Source: Tubiluchus corallicola
Lineage: Eukaryota; Animalia; Priapulida
Assembly: GCA_030141605.1 (NCBI GenBank)
Contig: JAQGDQ010000099.1
Coordinates: 203,194-267,193 of the forward strand
Reading direction: 5' to 3'
Length of the DNA stretch: 64,000 nucleotides
In this document: positions 52,898 to 64,000 of the stretch, in pieces
Layout: every line of letters begins with the position of its first letter
Position numbering within the stretch: position 1 is the first letter of the stretch
The notes under the pieces: generated by a model
What the model saw: only the letters and a program-made list of their open reading frames with translations
What the model was told of the DNA's origin: nothing
The model's database searches: none
Made by a program: the position numbers and the translations under genes

Positions 52898-53117
52898 ATT
52901 TCGAAAGTCTGCTTCAAATTTGTAAGCACCACCTCCAGTAGCACAGATAGTATCCGCCAAAGTGCTGAATTTCTTTTCCTTAGCTAAATCAATAAACTGC
53001 TTCATTTCACTGGTTGGAAATCTGATAAAGTGAATGTTTCCGGTCCGACCTCCGAGGTGAACATCTTTTATCTCTAAATGAACATCTCGGATCCCAGTTT
53101 TTCCGTATGCAACATTA
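52898..53117 (-). CDS. PANK: PANK exon, [15 protein letters not shown]...HFIRFPT...[16 protein letters not shown]
   Basis: Conserved AYGKTGIRD and ATGGGAYKF motifs. Acceptor TTTCAG, donor GTAAGC. Missed by the ORF track. Confidence 0.95.
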
Positions 53118-53664
53118 CTGAAATGTAATGAAAATGTATTAAGTTGTGAAAAAACAGACCGAATGATGAAGCTTTCCTAGTTGATCAAAATCACACTGAT
53201 TTACAAAACCAATTGCCCAGTGAGTAGTAGCAATGCCTTGAAGTATATTAAGCGGCACTGAGAAAATTATATTTCTGTAAACTTGATTGTACAGTTACTG
53301 TCCAACTCTAAATTTGGTGTAGCCTAAAAACTTTTTCGCCTCTACAAATCCAATCATTCATCACTCTAGTTCTATGTACGTACAGGACAATAATTTCAGT
53401 TGATTAGTTTCTGCGCTACAGATCAGAAGTTACCACTTAAAAAGAGGCTTCCACAGCGGGGCTTCACCCTCATATAAAGTTAGGCAGTGCATTTTACTTA
53501 AACAATTAAAAAGCCTGTCATGGATGTTGCTTCAAAACTAATGTACAGAACTAATGAACATCATAAATCATTGCCACATCAACTCATGAGGTAAAAGAGT
53601 TACCATGTAAATACTTAATAATACGAACAAAAATAACGTATGAGCAGACATTTGACACAATATC

Positions 53665-53889
53665 TTATGGTGCATTTAGATGCAGAGACTTCTCTCGCAA
53701 CTTCTCTGTGAGAGTAAAGTTGCAATATGTGAACAGTTTGGTAACTTGTTGTGTAACTTCTTTCTGAGAGTAAAGTTGCAACGTGCAAACGGTTTGTCAA
53801 CTTGTTGTGCAACTTGTCTCGCAACTATTTGCAGCTGTGAAAAAATTGGCAACTTCTCTTGTTGCGAGAGGAGTCTGAACGTGCTATTA
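53665..53889. mobile_element. Probable degenerate MITE with internal inverted GCAAC/GTTGC motifs
   Basis: GACTTCTCTCGCAAC near the left end pairs with GTTGCGAGAGGAGTC near the right end. TTA flanks both sides. Confidence 0.5.
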
Positions 53890-54561
53890 GTAAACTGTTA
53901 TGCACTGTTTACAGTAAACTGATAATGTAAAGTCCATCAGTAAAACACGAAGCAAACATGTACACATCAATGTAATGAACAGTCATATTACCGTGCGGCT
54001 AGTCATTAGCCAACAAGAGTCACAAAGGTAAAAATGGAAATAATGGGTCTCAAAGAACACATACTCTGTACTTCCACCTTTACCCCTCTTCTCTAACACC
54101 AAGTTCACTTTGGATGTTTTCTCTACTCTTAAAAGCATTCAAGGCCAGATAAGATGTCCTAAAAACTGTGCAACTAGCAGTAAAGAATCACTGTTTCACT
54201 GTTGTGAATAGAATGCATAGAAAAAATTCTTCTTTATGGTGAATTTATAGTAAAGTCATGTTAGCTTTGCTACTTACCCAACTAATATTCTCCTTTGTCT
54301 GTTGTTATTTTAAATATTATTAGTTTTCTAAAAAGATGAAATCTGTAAAATTTTTACAAGATTGACCTTCTTGTAAAGGCATATTACCTTCAACGTTTCA
54401 ACTTTGAACCTTACAAGATTTCAACTTTTACCTTTTTACGTTGCCAAAAATAATTTGCCAACACATTGTGCTATTTGTTTCTCTTAATCTTTGCACAAGA
54501 TGCACAGTAAATGCACATGCTGTTTTTACTCAAATAAATGAATAAAAAAATTAAAACTCAC

Positions 54562-54694
54562 CCAGTCAAATACCGGCGTATGACCTTCAATGTTTCCACT
54601 TCTAGTTCTTGTTCATCAGGCGTGATGTCGGTCGGCTCAAAATACACAAGCTTCGCTAAAGTTCCGCCAATGTCCATACCAAACCAAGGTACAT
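54562..54694 (-). CDS. PANK: PANK exon, [20 protein letters not shown]...RRYLT
   Basis: DIGGTLxK phosphate-binding motif. Acceptor TTTCCAG, donor GTGAGT. Confidence 0.95.
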
Positions 54695-55004
54695 CTGGAA
54701 ACGATATACCGTTGTTACATTTAAGCAACTTGTCTAGCGTAAAACGCATTGTGCTGGTCTCTTATTTGATATAAACCACAAAAAAAGCAAGCAAGTGGTT
54801 ACAATTTTCGCCTTTTTTCTTATGGTTCTCTCTGTGACATTGTCGTTTTACTTATTCCGCATTGTTCCTTTAAACGCCCTTTTTGTTTTTTTCCACTTTT
54901 GCAGTTTTAGATATGTTGTCTCTGGTATTTTGTTTGTAAAACACAAGATCCAAATGCGTAAACAATAAATTGAAACACAATATTATTAACTGTCCCAGTT
55001 TCTT

Positions 55005-55117
55005 GACACCGATTTTACCCCAAACTGTATCTAATAATAATAAGTTTGGAGAAAGGACGCGACACTGATTTTACTCCAAACTGTATCTAATAATAATAAG
55101 TTTAGAGAAAGGACGCG
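55005..55117. repeat. ~56-bp direct tandem duplication
   Basis: GACAC(C/T)GATTTTAC..CCAAACTGTATCTAATAATAATAAGTTT(G/A)GAGAAAGGACGC occurs twice. Confidence 0.85.
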
Positions 55118-56646
55118 TTCACCTTGACCAAAATATGCAAGAAAATCGATACTATACTGCTGTTTAAATACACTGCCAATGTACACGACAAGTGTGCACG
55201 CTGGTACTTCGTGACTGGTATAACATCGTGTACTTGTACTCACACATTAAACAAAACAGCTATCAATGAGTAAACAAGTCTACTTGCTTTACTGGAATAA
55301 GAAAGAACCTGATTTGTAGTGATTAACCCAGACAGTGGAGCAGTACGCTTGACCTCATTGCAGTAAGACAGTGTAGATAAAGGGTTAACGTGGTACAGAC
55401 ATTGACAATACCAGTTCATAACAATAATATCAATAATAAAGTACAAGCTCAAACAATAAAAATCGTGTACTAGGTCACAATAACCTAGCTGAACATTAAA
55501 ATATAAAATGTACATTTTTTAAACAGCGTGCAAACCCAAAACTTATAAGTACTGAAAAACAGAACTTTTGCAATTTCACTGTCAAATAAGTCTTCTTAAA
55601 TAACGCTGGCAGACACTATGAAAAAAAGAAACCAATTTTCTTAGTATTTAGAACCATAACTGTAAAAAAAGCCAGCAGGTAGCAGCACGTTCCCATCTTA
55701 TCGAATGTGACTGACACACCTACACGGTGAAAAATCTGAATGGGGCCTTCTGGAAATAAAATTGTTAGTGAAAAGAGCACCTGTTATAATAACAAATGTT
55801 TACTGAAACATGCTTTGTACACCTTAAAAAACATTTAAAGCAACTTTAAACCAATAGCCATAATGATGAGGTGCAGCAAAATAGGAATATTGGCAATTGG
55901 CACAATTATTTATGTTTTTGCACAAAGCCCCACACATTTTTAAAATAGCACCATTTGCATAAAGATTCTTCCAAGAAGTTGACTATTAAATTGACAAAAA
56001 AGGACTGAAAGGCCCCACTCCTGTTTTCCTAAGGAATAATACACATACCCTGTCACACACTCACACACAATGCTTGCTTACAAATAAAAATCATGAATAA
56101 CGTTATGCAGAAATTAGGAAAAATTTTGATAATAACATTTACACAAGTTTTCTCTAAAACATTTTTATACAGAACAGCTAAAAAGTTAAGAAGTAGAACA
56201 GAAAAAAGTGAAAGTAAAGAACTGGATTTGAGCTACCACTCCAATGCCACTAGAGTAGTTGCAGCTACTGCAAATTAAAGTTGGATTGAATTAAATTGTT
56301 TGGTCGGAAAATGGTTGCCAATAATTTGTTCGCATTGCTAGTTTTGGTTATTGTTTTATTATCGATTTAATTATCGCGAGCACACTAGTTTATTAGAGCT
56401 ATACAATATTTTCCTGGAATACAAAAGAGTCGTTGCTTATTTAGGTAAAGCTTACTGTATTAACTCCACTTAACTCCATTTTACTTAAAGTGTGCTTTAC
56501 TCCATTTAACACATTACAAGTTAATTTCTTCTGCTACACTTATAGCCTGCAACGCATTGTAAATTGGTAATTCTATAACTTGTATTTTGTAGTGCTGTGC
56601 TAAATGGATGAATAAATGAATCAAATATCTAACGATGTGCACTTAC

Positions 56647-56713
56647 GTGGTCTGTTGCATCTTCTTCCCGAACACTGTCTTTTCACGCAAGGTACACCAG
56701 AATTCATTGCCAT
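56647..56713 (-). CDS. PANK: PANK first coding exon, MAMNSGVPCVKRQCSGRRCNRP
   Basis: The phase-1 donor C|GTAAGT gives NRPHVPWFG, resembling the RP-x-FPWFG junction of vertebrate PANKs. An in-frame TGA lies upstream. An acceptor TTTCATTTCAG ending at 56822 implies a further upstream exon. Confidence 0.65.
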
Positions 56714-57449
56714 GACAACCAAACAGCGAAGCAAGTGCAGGACTTCTAAGAATGATGTAGTAACAAAACATTCACTATATTTCACTGCAATAGAGTTCTG
56801 CTGTCATTCTTCAGCAAGTCACTGAAATGAAAGATAGGTATAAATAACAGAACATTTTTACATGTTTTACAACTATACGCAAAGATTGCTAAACGAGCCA
56901 CCTAAGCTAATTGCTACTTTTTAATTTTTTATGAGAAATGACTATGAGTATCCAAATGATGCATAAAGTTTCACAATCTCTTGCTAGTTACTGTTCTATA
57001 ACTCGGCTGTATTATGACTTCTGTTCAGTGTATACGGCACAGTCCACAATCGTAATTAGCTATTATTATGCCATTTAATATCACAAGTTTATTTATCATC
57101 CTTACAACCAAAAGACTATACAGCACAGCATAAAATTACGAAATTTTTAAAAGAATAAGTCAAGGCAGAACATACAAAGACAAGCACTATCACACTCTTA
57201 CAAGATACACGAACAAAAGAAATCAAAATGAGTCTAAACTTGCATTTAAACTTGAATACTGGCTGTAACTGAATTGAATTATGTATGAAATAAATGTGCA
57301 TCCAGCATACAGGTGCTATATAAGTGATTTACAATGCATAGAGTAGGGCAAACCCATACCATTTCAGTTCAGCTATGCACTTCAACTTGAATAGATAACC
57401 AGAATCATTATTACTCATTAAAATACCAGTTCGTAGTTATTATAATGTT

Positions 57450-59590
57450 ATTAAAAAAATCAATAAAATGGATGAAAGTCTTGTTATTACACGATAATGT
57501 TCGAAAAAATATTTTACCAGTTATTTCCTGTATTGTTCTCAATACTTATGTTTTACGTTATATACTGGGAGGATATTATAATATCACAGTTTGTGGGCAA
57601 CATATTGAGAAGACGTATTATCTAATAATAATGCTGAATCTGCATATCACATATTTTACGACAAATTTGTAAACATAAATAACACCGATATCAAAACCGT
57701 AACTGGTAGAGCTAAAGTAACTATCAAAAAACCATGGGTCACCACAGCTTTAATAACTAGCATTAAAGATAAAAATAGAACGTATTATCAGGATTTAACC
57801 AATAAAGTTATAAAGCAAGAGTATACATCATAAAAAAATCAACTTATTAAATTACTGAAAATGTCAAAAGCAGATTATTATCAAAGCAATCTATCAATGT
57901 ATTAATCAGACATGAGAAAAACCTGGACTGTTTTAAAATAACTGAAGAATAAGATAAAGGAACAAGCCCCAATTACTCTTAAACTAAATAACCGTTTCAT
58001 TTATGAAAATAAATATTTTACTGTAGTAACATTGAACACTGATAAAATAAATACCAGTCCAGATGTCTACTTACAAGGAACCTACACCAATTCCTTCTTC
58101 TTTTATCCAATGACTAAAGAGGATTTTATTAAAATAAATCCTTAAGTTCAAATAAAAGTGCTGGTTTAGACAATACATCACTCAGGATCAGGATTGATGT
58201 TATTGGACATATTGCTACACCCTTAGCTCATATAATCAATACTTCACTTTAAACTGGAGCAGTTCCTACAACTCAAACACGCTATAGTAATCCCATTTTT
58301 TAAAGCCAACATACCACTTTCAGTAAGTAATTACAAAATTTTTTCCCAAAACCTTAGAAAAATTTGTTCATCAACAACTAACTTCATAATTAATAAAGCA
58401 TGACATTTTAAATAAATCTCAATTTGGATTTCATAAAGCCTTTCTCTACAGAACTGGCACTAATAACGATGGTAAATAACACTATTGGAAGTTTCTAAAA
58501 TAACACCTTTTCTGTTTGCATGTTTTGTGATTTAGCCAAGGCATTTGATACAGTGCATGATGGCATTATAATACGCAAACTCGAATTTATGGAATTAGAG
58601 ACCTGACAAAAGTGTGGTTTCTAAACTACCTAACTATGAGGACTCAAGTAGTAATATACAATGTCTGAAGTTGCATATTTAAAGTATTGAGTTCCACAAG
58701 GGTCATTCTAGGTCCAATACTATTCTTAGTGTAAATCAATGATATCAAGTATTCATTTTCCAAAGGAAAAGCATTGCAATTTGCAGATGATATCAGCATT
58801 TTATTTACTTTCACAAACACAGAAAATATCAATACATTAATAAATAATGAAATACATAAAATTGTTATCTGGTTTAAAGCAAAAAGCTATCATTAAATGC
58901 TGATAAAATTAAATATATAGTTTTTAAATCCGTTGGGAAAAAATTGACGCAACATATAATCCTTGATTACCAAGCTATTCAAGAAATAACATAAATTAAA
59001 TTGCTAGGCATGATTTTACATGAAAGTCTAAATTGGCAACCACCACAAACAAGATAAAATTAAAAATAGCAAAAAATATTGGTATTATGTTCCGTATTAG
59101 AAAAAGTATAACCAATAAAAATTTAATAATGCTGTACAATACATTAATAACTAATACTTCCATCCTACACTACTGTAATATCCTCTGGGGTTCAACTTAC
59201 TCAACAAAACTGCAATTGCTTAAAACTCTGCAACGAAAAAATTCTTACGTCTGATTAATTATCCGTCTAAACAAGATGATATTCCCTTAGCTTGTTATCG
59301 TATGATCTATTATCATAAATCATTATCATAATAACCTATACCCTTCCTTCTATGCAAATCCAATAAGACAGGTTCAGTCAAATTATAATACAAGATACAA
59401 TGAATATTATTTACCTTTCTGCAGCACAAATGCTGCAAAGCATTTTATCAGTTATCTGACAAAATCAGTTATCACTTTATCAGACCAAACCTGTCAAACG
59501 AAGTTCATCAATCTCACAAGATGATAACCACAACTGGCAAATTCAAAGTGCAAATAAAGGAAAAAAATGTATAATTCTTATTCTGATTAA
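57450..59590 (+). mobile_element. Heavily decayed LINE ORF2 (L2/Crack/Daphne-type)
   Basis: Frameshifted motifs: KKPWVTTALITSIKDKN (~57727), DLAKAFDTVHD (~58529), VPQGS.LGPILFL (~58690), QFADD (~58777), LHYCNILWGST (~59165). Confidence 0.85.
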
Positions 59591-60489
59591 CTACCTCTTG
59601 AGGCCGCTTCCCTTCTTCTGCAGTGGTCACATATAGTACAGACTAGGTTAATTTTCTAAAGGAAATGTTTTCAAAGCATCATTGTTATGCTAATATTACC
59701 ATCCTTTTACCACCTCATTCACTTTTCATTGTATTAATCCCTACATTCTCGCTTCTCCCCACTCATAATTCCACTTCAGGGTAGACTTACAAGATTATGC
59801 TTTGGACAACACTGCATCACAAGATGTTATATGTATCTATACTAGTTGTATCTTGTATTTAGTAATGTATCTTGCTTGTGATGGGAATAAAACTACTGTA
59901 CTATAATAAATTACATACCACCTATGTTAACGTCATTGTGTACCTTCACTTTTTATGTAGTTTTACCTGTAATTCGTAATGTATCTCTTTGTTCTTTTAT
60001 GGGCATAACAAAATAAGTTACAGCATATAAGCACAAATTTTAGATCACTTTGCCTAATTCTTCTGTGGTTCCCAAACTGACACTCCCAGTCATGTCAACA
60101 ATTATTTTAGTGGCGGACAAAAAAGTCAAACAAAATTTTATTAAATTACGGCGTACTTCATCAATATGTGGCTGAAGCATGACCGTCTAAAGTACTATAC
60201 AGGAAGGATTCATACTAAACAGTTGATTACTGCCCACAATCAAGACTCTCAACGGGCTAGTCTTCTTCATGGACGAAAACAAAAACTGGCAAATGGTCTT
60301 GGAATGATCATTATGAGCCTATTTAATAACTGAATTTCAATTATTTAGCATTTAAACTACTCTACACAAACAAAGCAAAGCAAATTAAGAAAGATAATTA
60401 ATTAGCATTCTGACAAAGACAGTGATAAGAATTCAAGTTTAAATGATAAATCTCTAAATGCTCCTTGGGCTTATTTAATATTGAATTTC

Positions 60490-62730
60490 AATTTCAAATG
60501 CTATAGGCTCCCAAATGGCTCCCTTGATAATAGTAGGCATATTTATAATAGCATTAGGGATGCAGCCTCATCTTCCTCTTTTTGTGTTATTCTTGGAGAT
60601 TTTAATCTTCCAAATGTAGGTTGGATTAACAATATAGGCTGTAGTGAAATGGATGAATTGTTTCTAAATACTTCGGAGGGCAATCTTCTTGAATAATGCG
60701 TTATTTCACCAACATGGAATAATAACATTTTAGATTTAGTAATAACAAATAATTGTCATAGTATAAATAATCTTGTGGTTCCTGAATGTTTTTCTACAAG
60801 TGATCATAATTGCATACATTTTGAACTGTTACACAATTACATAAATAGAAACTAATGTTCCCGTATTGTGAAATTGTATAGTAAGATGAATTCTGTAGGT
60901 GTTAATCAAGCTTTTTTTCTTGGTTGCCTGGGAAACAGTGTTTAATAGTAGTGATATTGATATGTGCTGGAATTCATTTCTTTGTATATATAACAATGTT
61001 GTAAATAGATATGTACTTACATTGTGTATTGGTGCTGGGTCAAAGGTTAAACCTGTCTGGCAAATGTACACCAATTGTAGGCCAAGCGGCTAGACAGAAC
61101 GCTACAGCATGGAAAAGATTTACTCATTTTCACTCACATGCACATAAGATGTTGTTTAAAACTTCAAAACATCTCAAAAACGTTAACAGAGTCTAGGAAA
61201 GTTTATGAGAAGAACTTTGTACGGAGTGCAAGAAATAATCCAAAGGAGTTCTTCAGTTACATGAAACAATTTACTAAGCCAAAGAATTTCAAAGATACAT
61301 TGTTAGGACCAGATAATAAATTTTACTTAATGACTCTGATAAGGCTAATGCGTTGAATGACTTTTTTGCTTCAGTATTTGTTAAAGAGTCTTCAGATTTA
61401 ATTCCTCAGTGTGTCGGTCCTTCTCCTAGTAGCGTAATCAATGGCGTCAACTTTTCAATACAGACAGTATATGATCAGCTACTAAAAATTGATGAGACAA
61501 AAGCAAAAGGTCCTGATGAAGTTCATCCCACCATTTTGAAGAACTGTGCAGAAACACTGGCAAAACCATTTTTCCTATTGTTCAGGAAGTCTATAGATTG
61601 TGCTTGTCTGCCTCAGGACTGGCGTGATGCTAAAGTACTCACTAATCATCGCCTCGTATCATTAACTAGCACTGCTGTTAAGACATTAGAATGTTTAATT
61701 CAACAGCCACTTATGGACTTCTGCATGGAAGAAAATCTTATTAACTCTAGAAACCATGGTTTTCAGAAAAGAAAGTCATGCAGTACCAACCTCGTGGAAG
61801 TTCTTAATGACTGGACATCAGTATGTGATAATTTGGTGAAGGGCGTGGATGTGATTTATCTGGACTTCAGCAAAGCATTTGACACTGTTGCACACAAGCG
61901 ACTATTAGCTAAATTGTATTACTCAGGCATCAGAGGCAAATTGCTCAAGTGGTTTGAAGCATTTTTGTCAAATCGTAGACAACGAGTAGTAATCAACTGA
62001 ACATCTTCTAGGTTTCTAGCAGCGTTCCACAAGAATCTATACCGGGTCCCGTTTTATTCCTACTCTTTGCCAATGATTTGCCAGATTCAGTTGCTTCAGA
62101 AATTAATATGTTTGCTGATGACACAAATGTCTATTATCGAGTTCTGACAATAGAAAATTCGGTACATTTACAAGAAGATTTATTTCATCTGGAAGCCTGG
62201 ACAGATAAATGGTTATTACAGTTTAATGCATAAGTGTGTAGTGTTGCAGCTTAAAGCTCAAGTTTCATCACATTATTATTTGGCTGGCAGTGAGTTAACA
62301 CACGTTTCAGAACATAAAGACCTAGGTGTAATTATACCTAATGATCTGAAGCCTGCTGTACATATCATCAACATTTGCAAGAAGGCAAATCAGATGATTG
62401 GATTGATTAAAAGATGTTCTGTTAACCGGGATTCTAAGCAGGTGTTAACTCTCTAAAAAGCTTATGTGCGACCATTATTAATGCAGTATGGTCACCATCG
62501 TTACAATTCAACATCAAGAGATTGCAGAAAGTTCAAGATGGGTGTCTGTGATTACGTTATGCAGCTGATTTGCGTCTTGAGATTTGTTCACTCCAACAGA
62601 GAAGAGAAACAGCTGATCTGTATGAAGTATTCAAGGACATAAATGGAGACAACCGCGTTAGCTGTGATACACTATTTAAGGCTACAATTCTGCTGTCCAC
62701 TCGCAGTCATTTTAAGAAACTGTATAGAAT
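60490..62730 (+). mobile_element. Decayed CR1-type LINE ORF2 (endonuclease + RT)
   Basis: Endonuclease motifs YRLPN, GDFNLP, ILDLVITN and SDHN. RT motifs GPDEVHP, DVIYLDFSKAFDTVAH and MFADD (~62108), plus KDLGV. Multiple stops and frameshifts. Confidence 0.9.
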
Positions 62731-62739
62731 GTATACGTA

Positions 62740-64000
62740 AGGCCAGAAATAAGGTAACATCGACAGCGAGAACAGCAAACGGAACCTCTGCTACAAATCC
62801 AAAAGTAATCCCAAAGCTTTTTGGGCCTACATAAACTCCAATATGATCAAAAAGGAGGGAGTGCAACCACTAAAAAGATCAGATGGAAGTATAGCAACTA
62901 CGGAACAAGAAAGGGCTAATGAATTACAGAAAACTTTTCCTCTGTTTTTACACATGAAGATGTAACTAACATTCCTCAGTTGCCACCAATTACAGAACAC
63001 ATGCTTGATGTGCTTTATATAACAGAAATGGAATTACGTACTAAAATCAAATGCATGAAGGGAAACACTGCTTTGGGACCAGATGGCATATATGCTAGTG
63101 TTATAAAGAAGAACGAAGATTATCTAATTTATCCTATGCTATATATTATGAACCTAAGTTTGGCAACCGGTATTTTACCAACAAGCTGGAAGTGTCTGCT
63201 ATCTTTAAAAAGCGGATCGGGAACTTGCAAAAAATTATAGACCTATAAGCCTGATTTCGGTTGTTTGCAAACTGAAGGAAGGAATATTAAGGGGCAGGAT
63301 TTATGACCATCTTACAAATTCAATTTAATCAGCAATAAGCAGCACAGGTTCAGATCAGCAAGATCATGCATAACCAATGTTCTGCAAGCACTACAAGAAT
63401 GGGTAGAAACCCTTGATAATAACGGCGAAGCCGATGTAATTTACTATAATTTCCTCAAAGCATTTGATAGAGTTCTCCATTTAAGACTACTTAGTAAACT
63501 AAAAGCATACAGCATTTAAGGACATTTATTAACATGGATTGGAAATTTTCTTTGTGGGAGGAAACAATGCGTTATAGTCAATGGTCCACAATCAAACTGG
63601 ACGGATGTCATCGGTGGTATACCTCAGGGCAAGGTTTTAGGACCTATGTCATTCATGATCTACATCAATGATTTACCTGATGTCTTTACCTGTGGTACCA
63701 GCTTATTAGCAGATGATACAAAAATATATGATAAGGCTTATTGTCTCAATGACCATGAGCACTTGCAAAACAATATTGACTAAGCAGATAAATGGTGTCA
63801 CAAATGGCAAATGCATTTTAATAGCCATTTGCCTATTAACCCTTGGAAGACCAGATGTTTCAGATCGTAACTACGTAATGGCACAAGGACCTAGCAATGT
63901 AGAAATAGCAAATGTCACTGAGCAAAAAGACTTGGGCATCATTGTTTGATAACATGCTTAAATTTCAAAGCCACATTCATCATACTGTCAATAAAGCTCA
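62740..64000 (+). mobile_element. Second decayed CR1-type LINE RT fragment, running off the window end
   Basis: GPDGIY, YRPISL, FLKAFDRVLH, GIPQGKVLGP (~63616), LADDT (~63706) and QKDLGI, with stops and frameshifts. Confidence 0.88.

Noticed and set aside
61353-62000. 215-aa RT ORF as an active or domesticated gene
   Set aside because: It stops before the catalytic FADD motif, lacks part of the conserved PxxKKG..NYRP block, and is surrounded by stops and frameshifts.

Overview
AT-rich animal (invertebrate-type) nuclear DNA with three intact protein-coding genes, reconstructed by hand from splice sites. (1) A subfamily II ZIP zinc transporter (SLC39A1/2/3-like) with a single coding exon, minus strand, 616-2013. 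(2) A six-exon follistatin, plus strand, 12643-32869, 326 aa: signal peptide, N-domain, three FS domains and a short tail. (3) A nine-coding-exon type II pantothenate kinase, minus strand, 46057-56713, 383 aa. The rest is introns and intergenic DNA holding non-autonomous DNA transposons (hAT-like with 8-bp TSDs, Kolobok-like TTAA elements, Harbinger-like MITEs), decayed LINEs, and micro- and minisatellites. The most notable observations are these: the follistatin last exon encodes a polybasic tail where vertebrate FS315 has an acidic one; an imperfect hairpin with a CAGCAU core lies in the PANK intron that hosts miR-103/107 in vertebrates; the ZIP cytoplasmic loop is expanded and rich in Cys and His; a tandem array of kappaB-like and X-box motifs lies between the divergent ZIP and follistatin genes; and follistatin intron 1 contains a templated-insertion structure. 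All calls come from reading the sequence only. No searches or folding programs were run.
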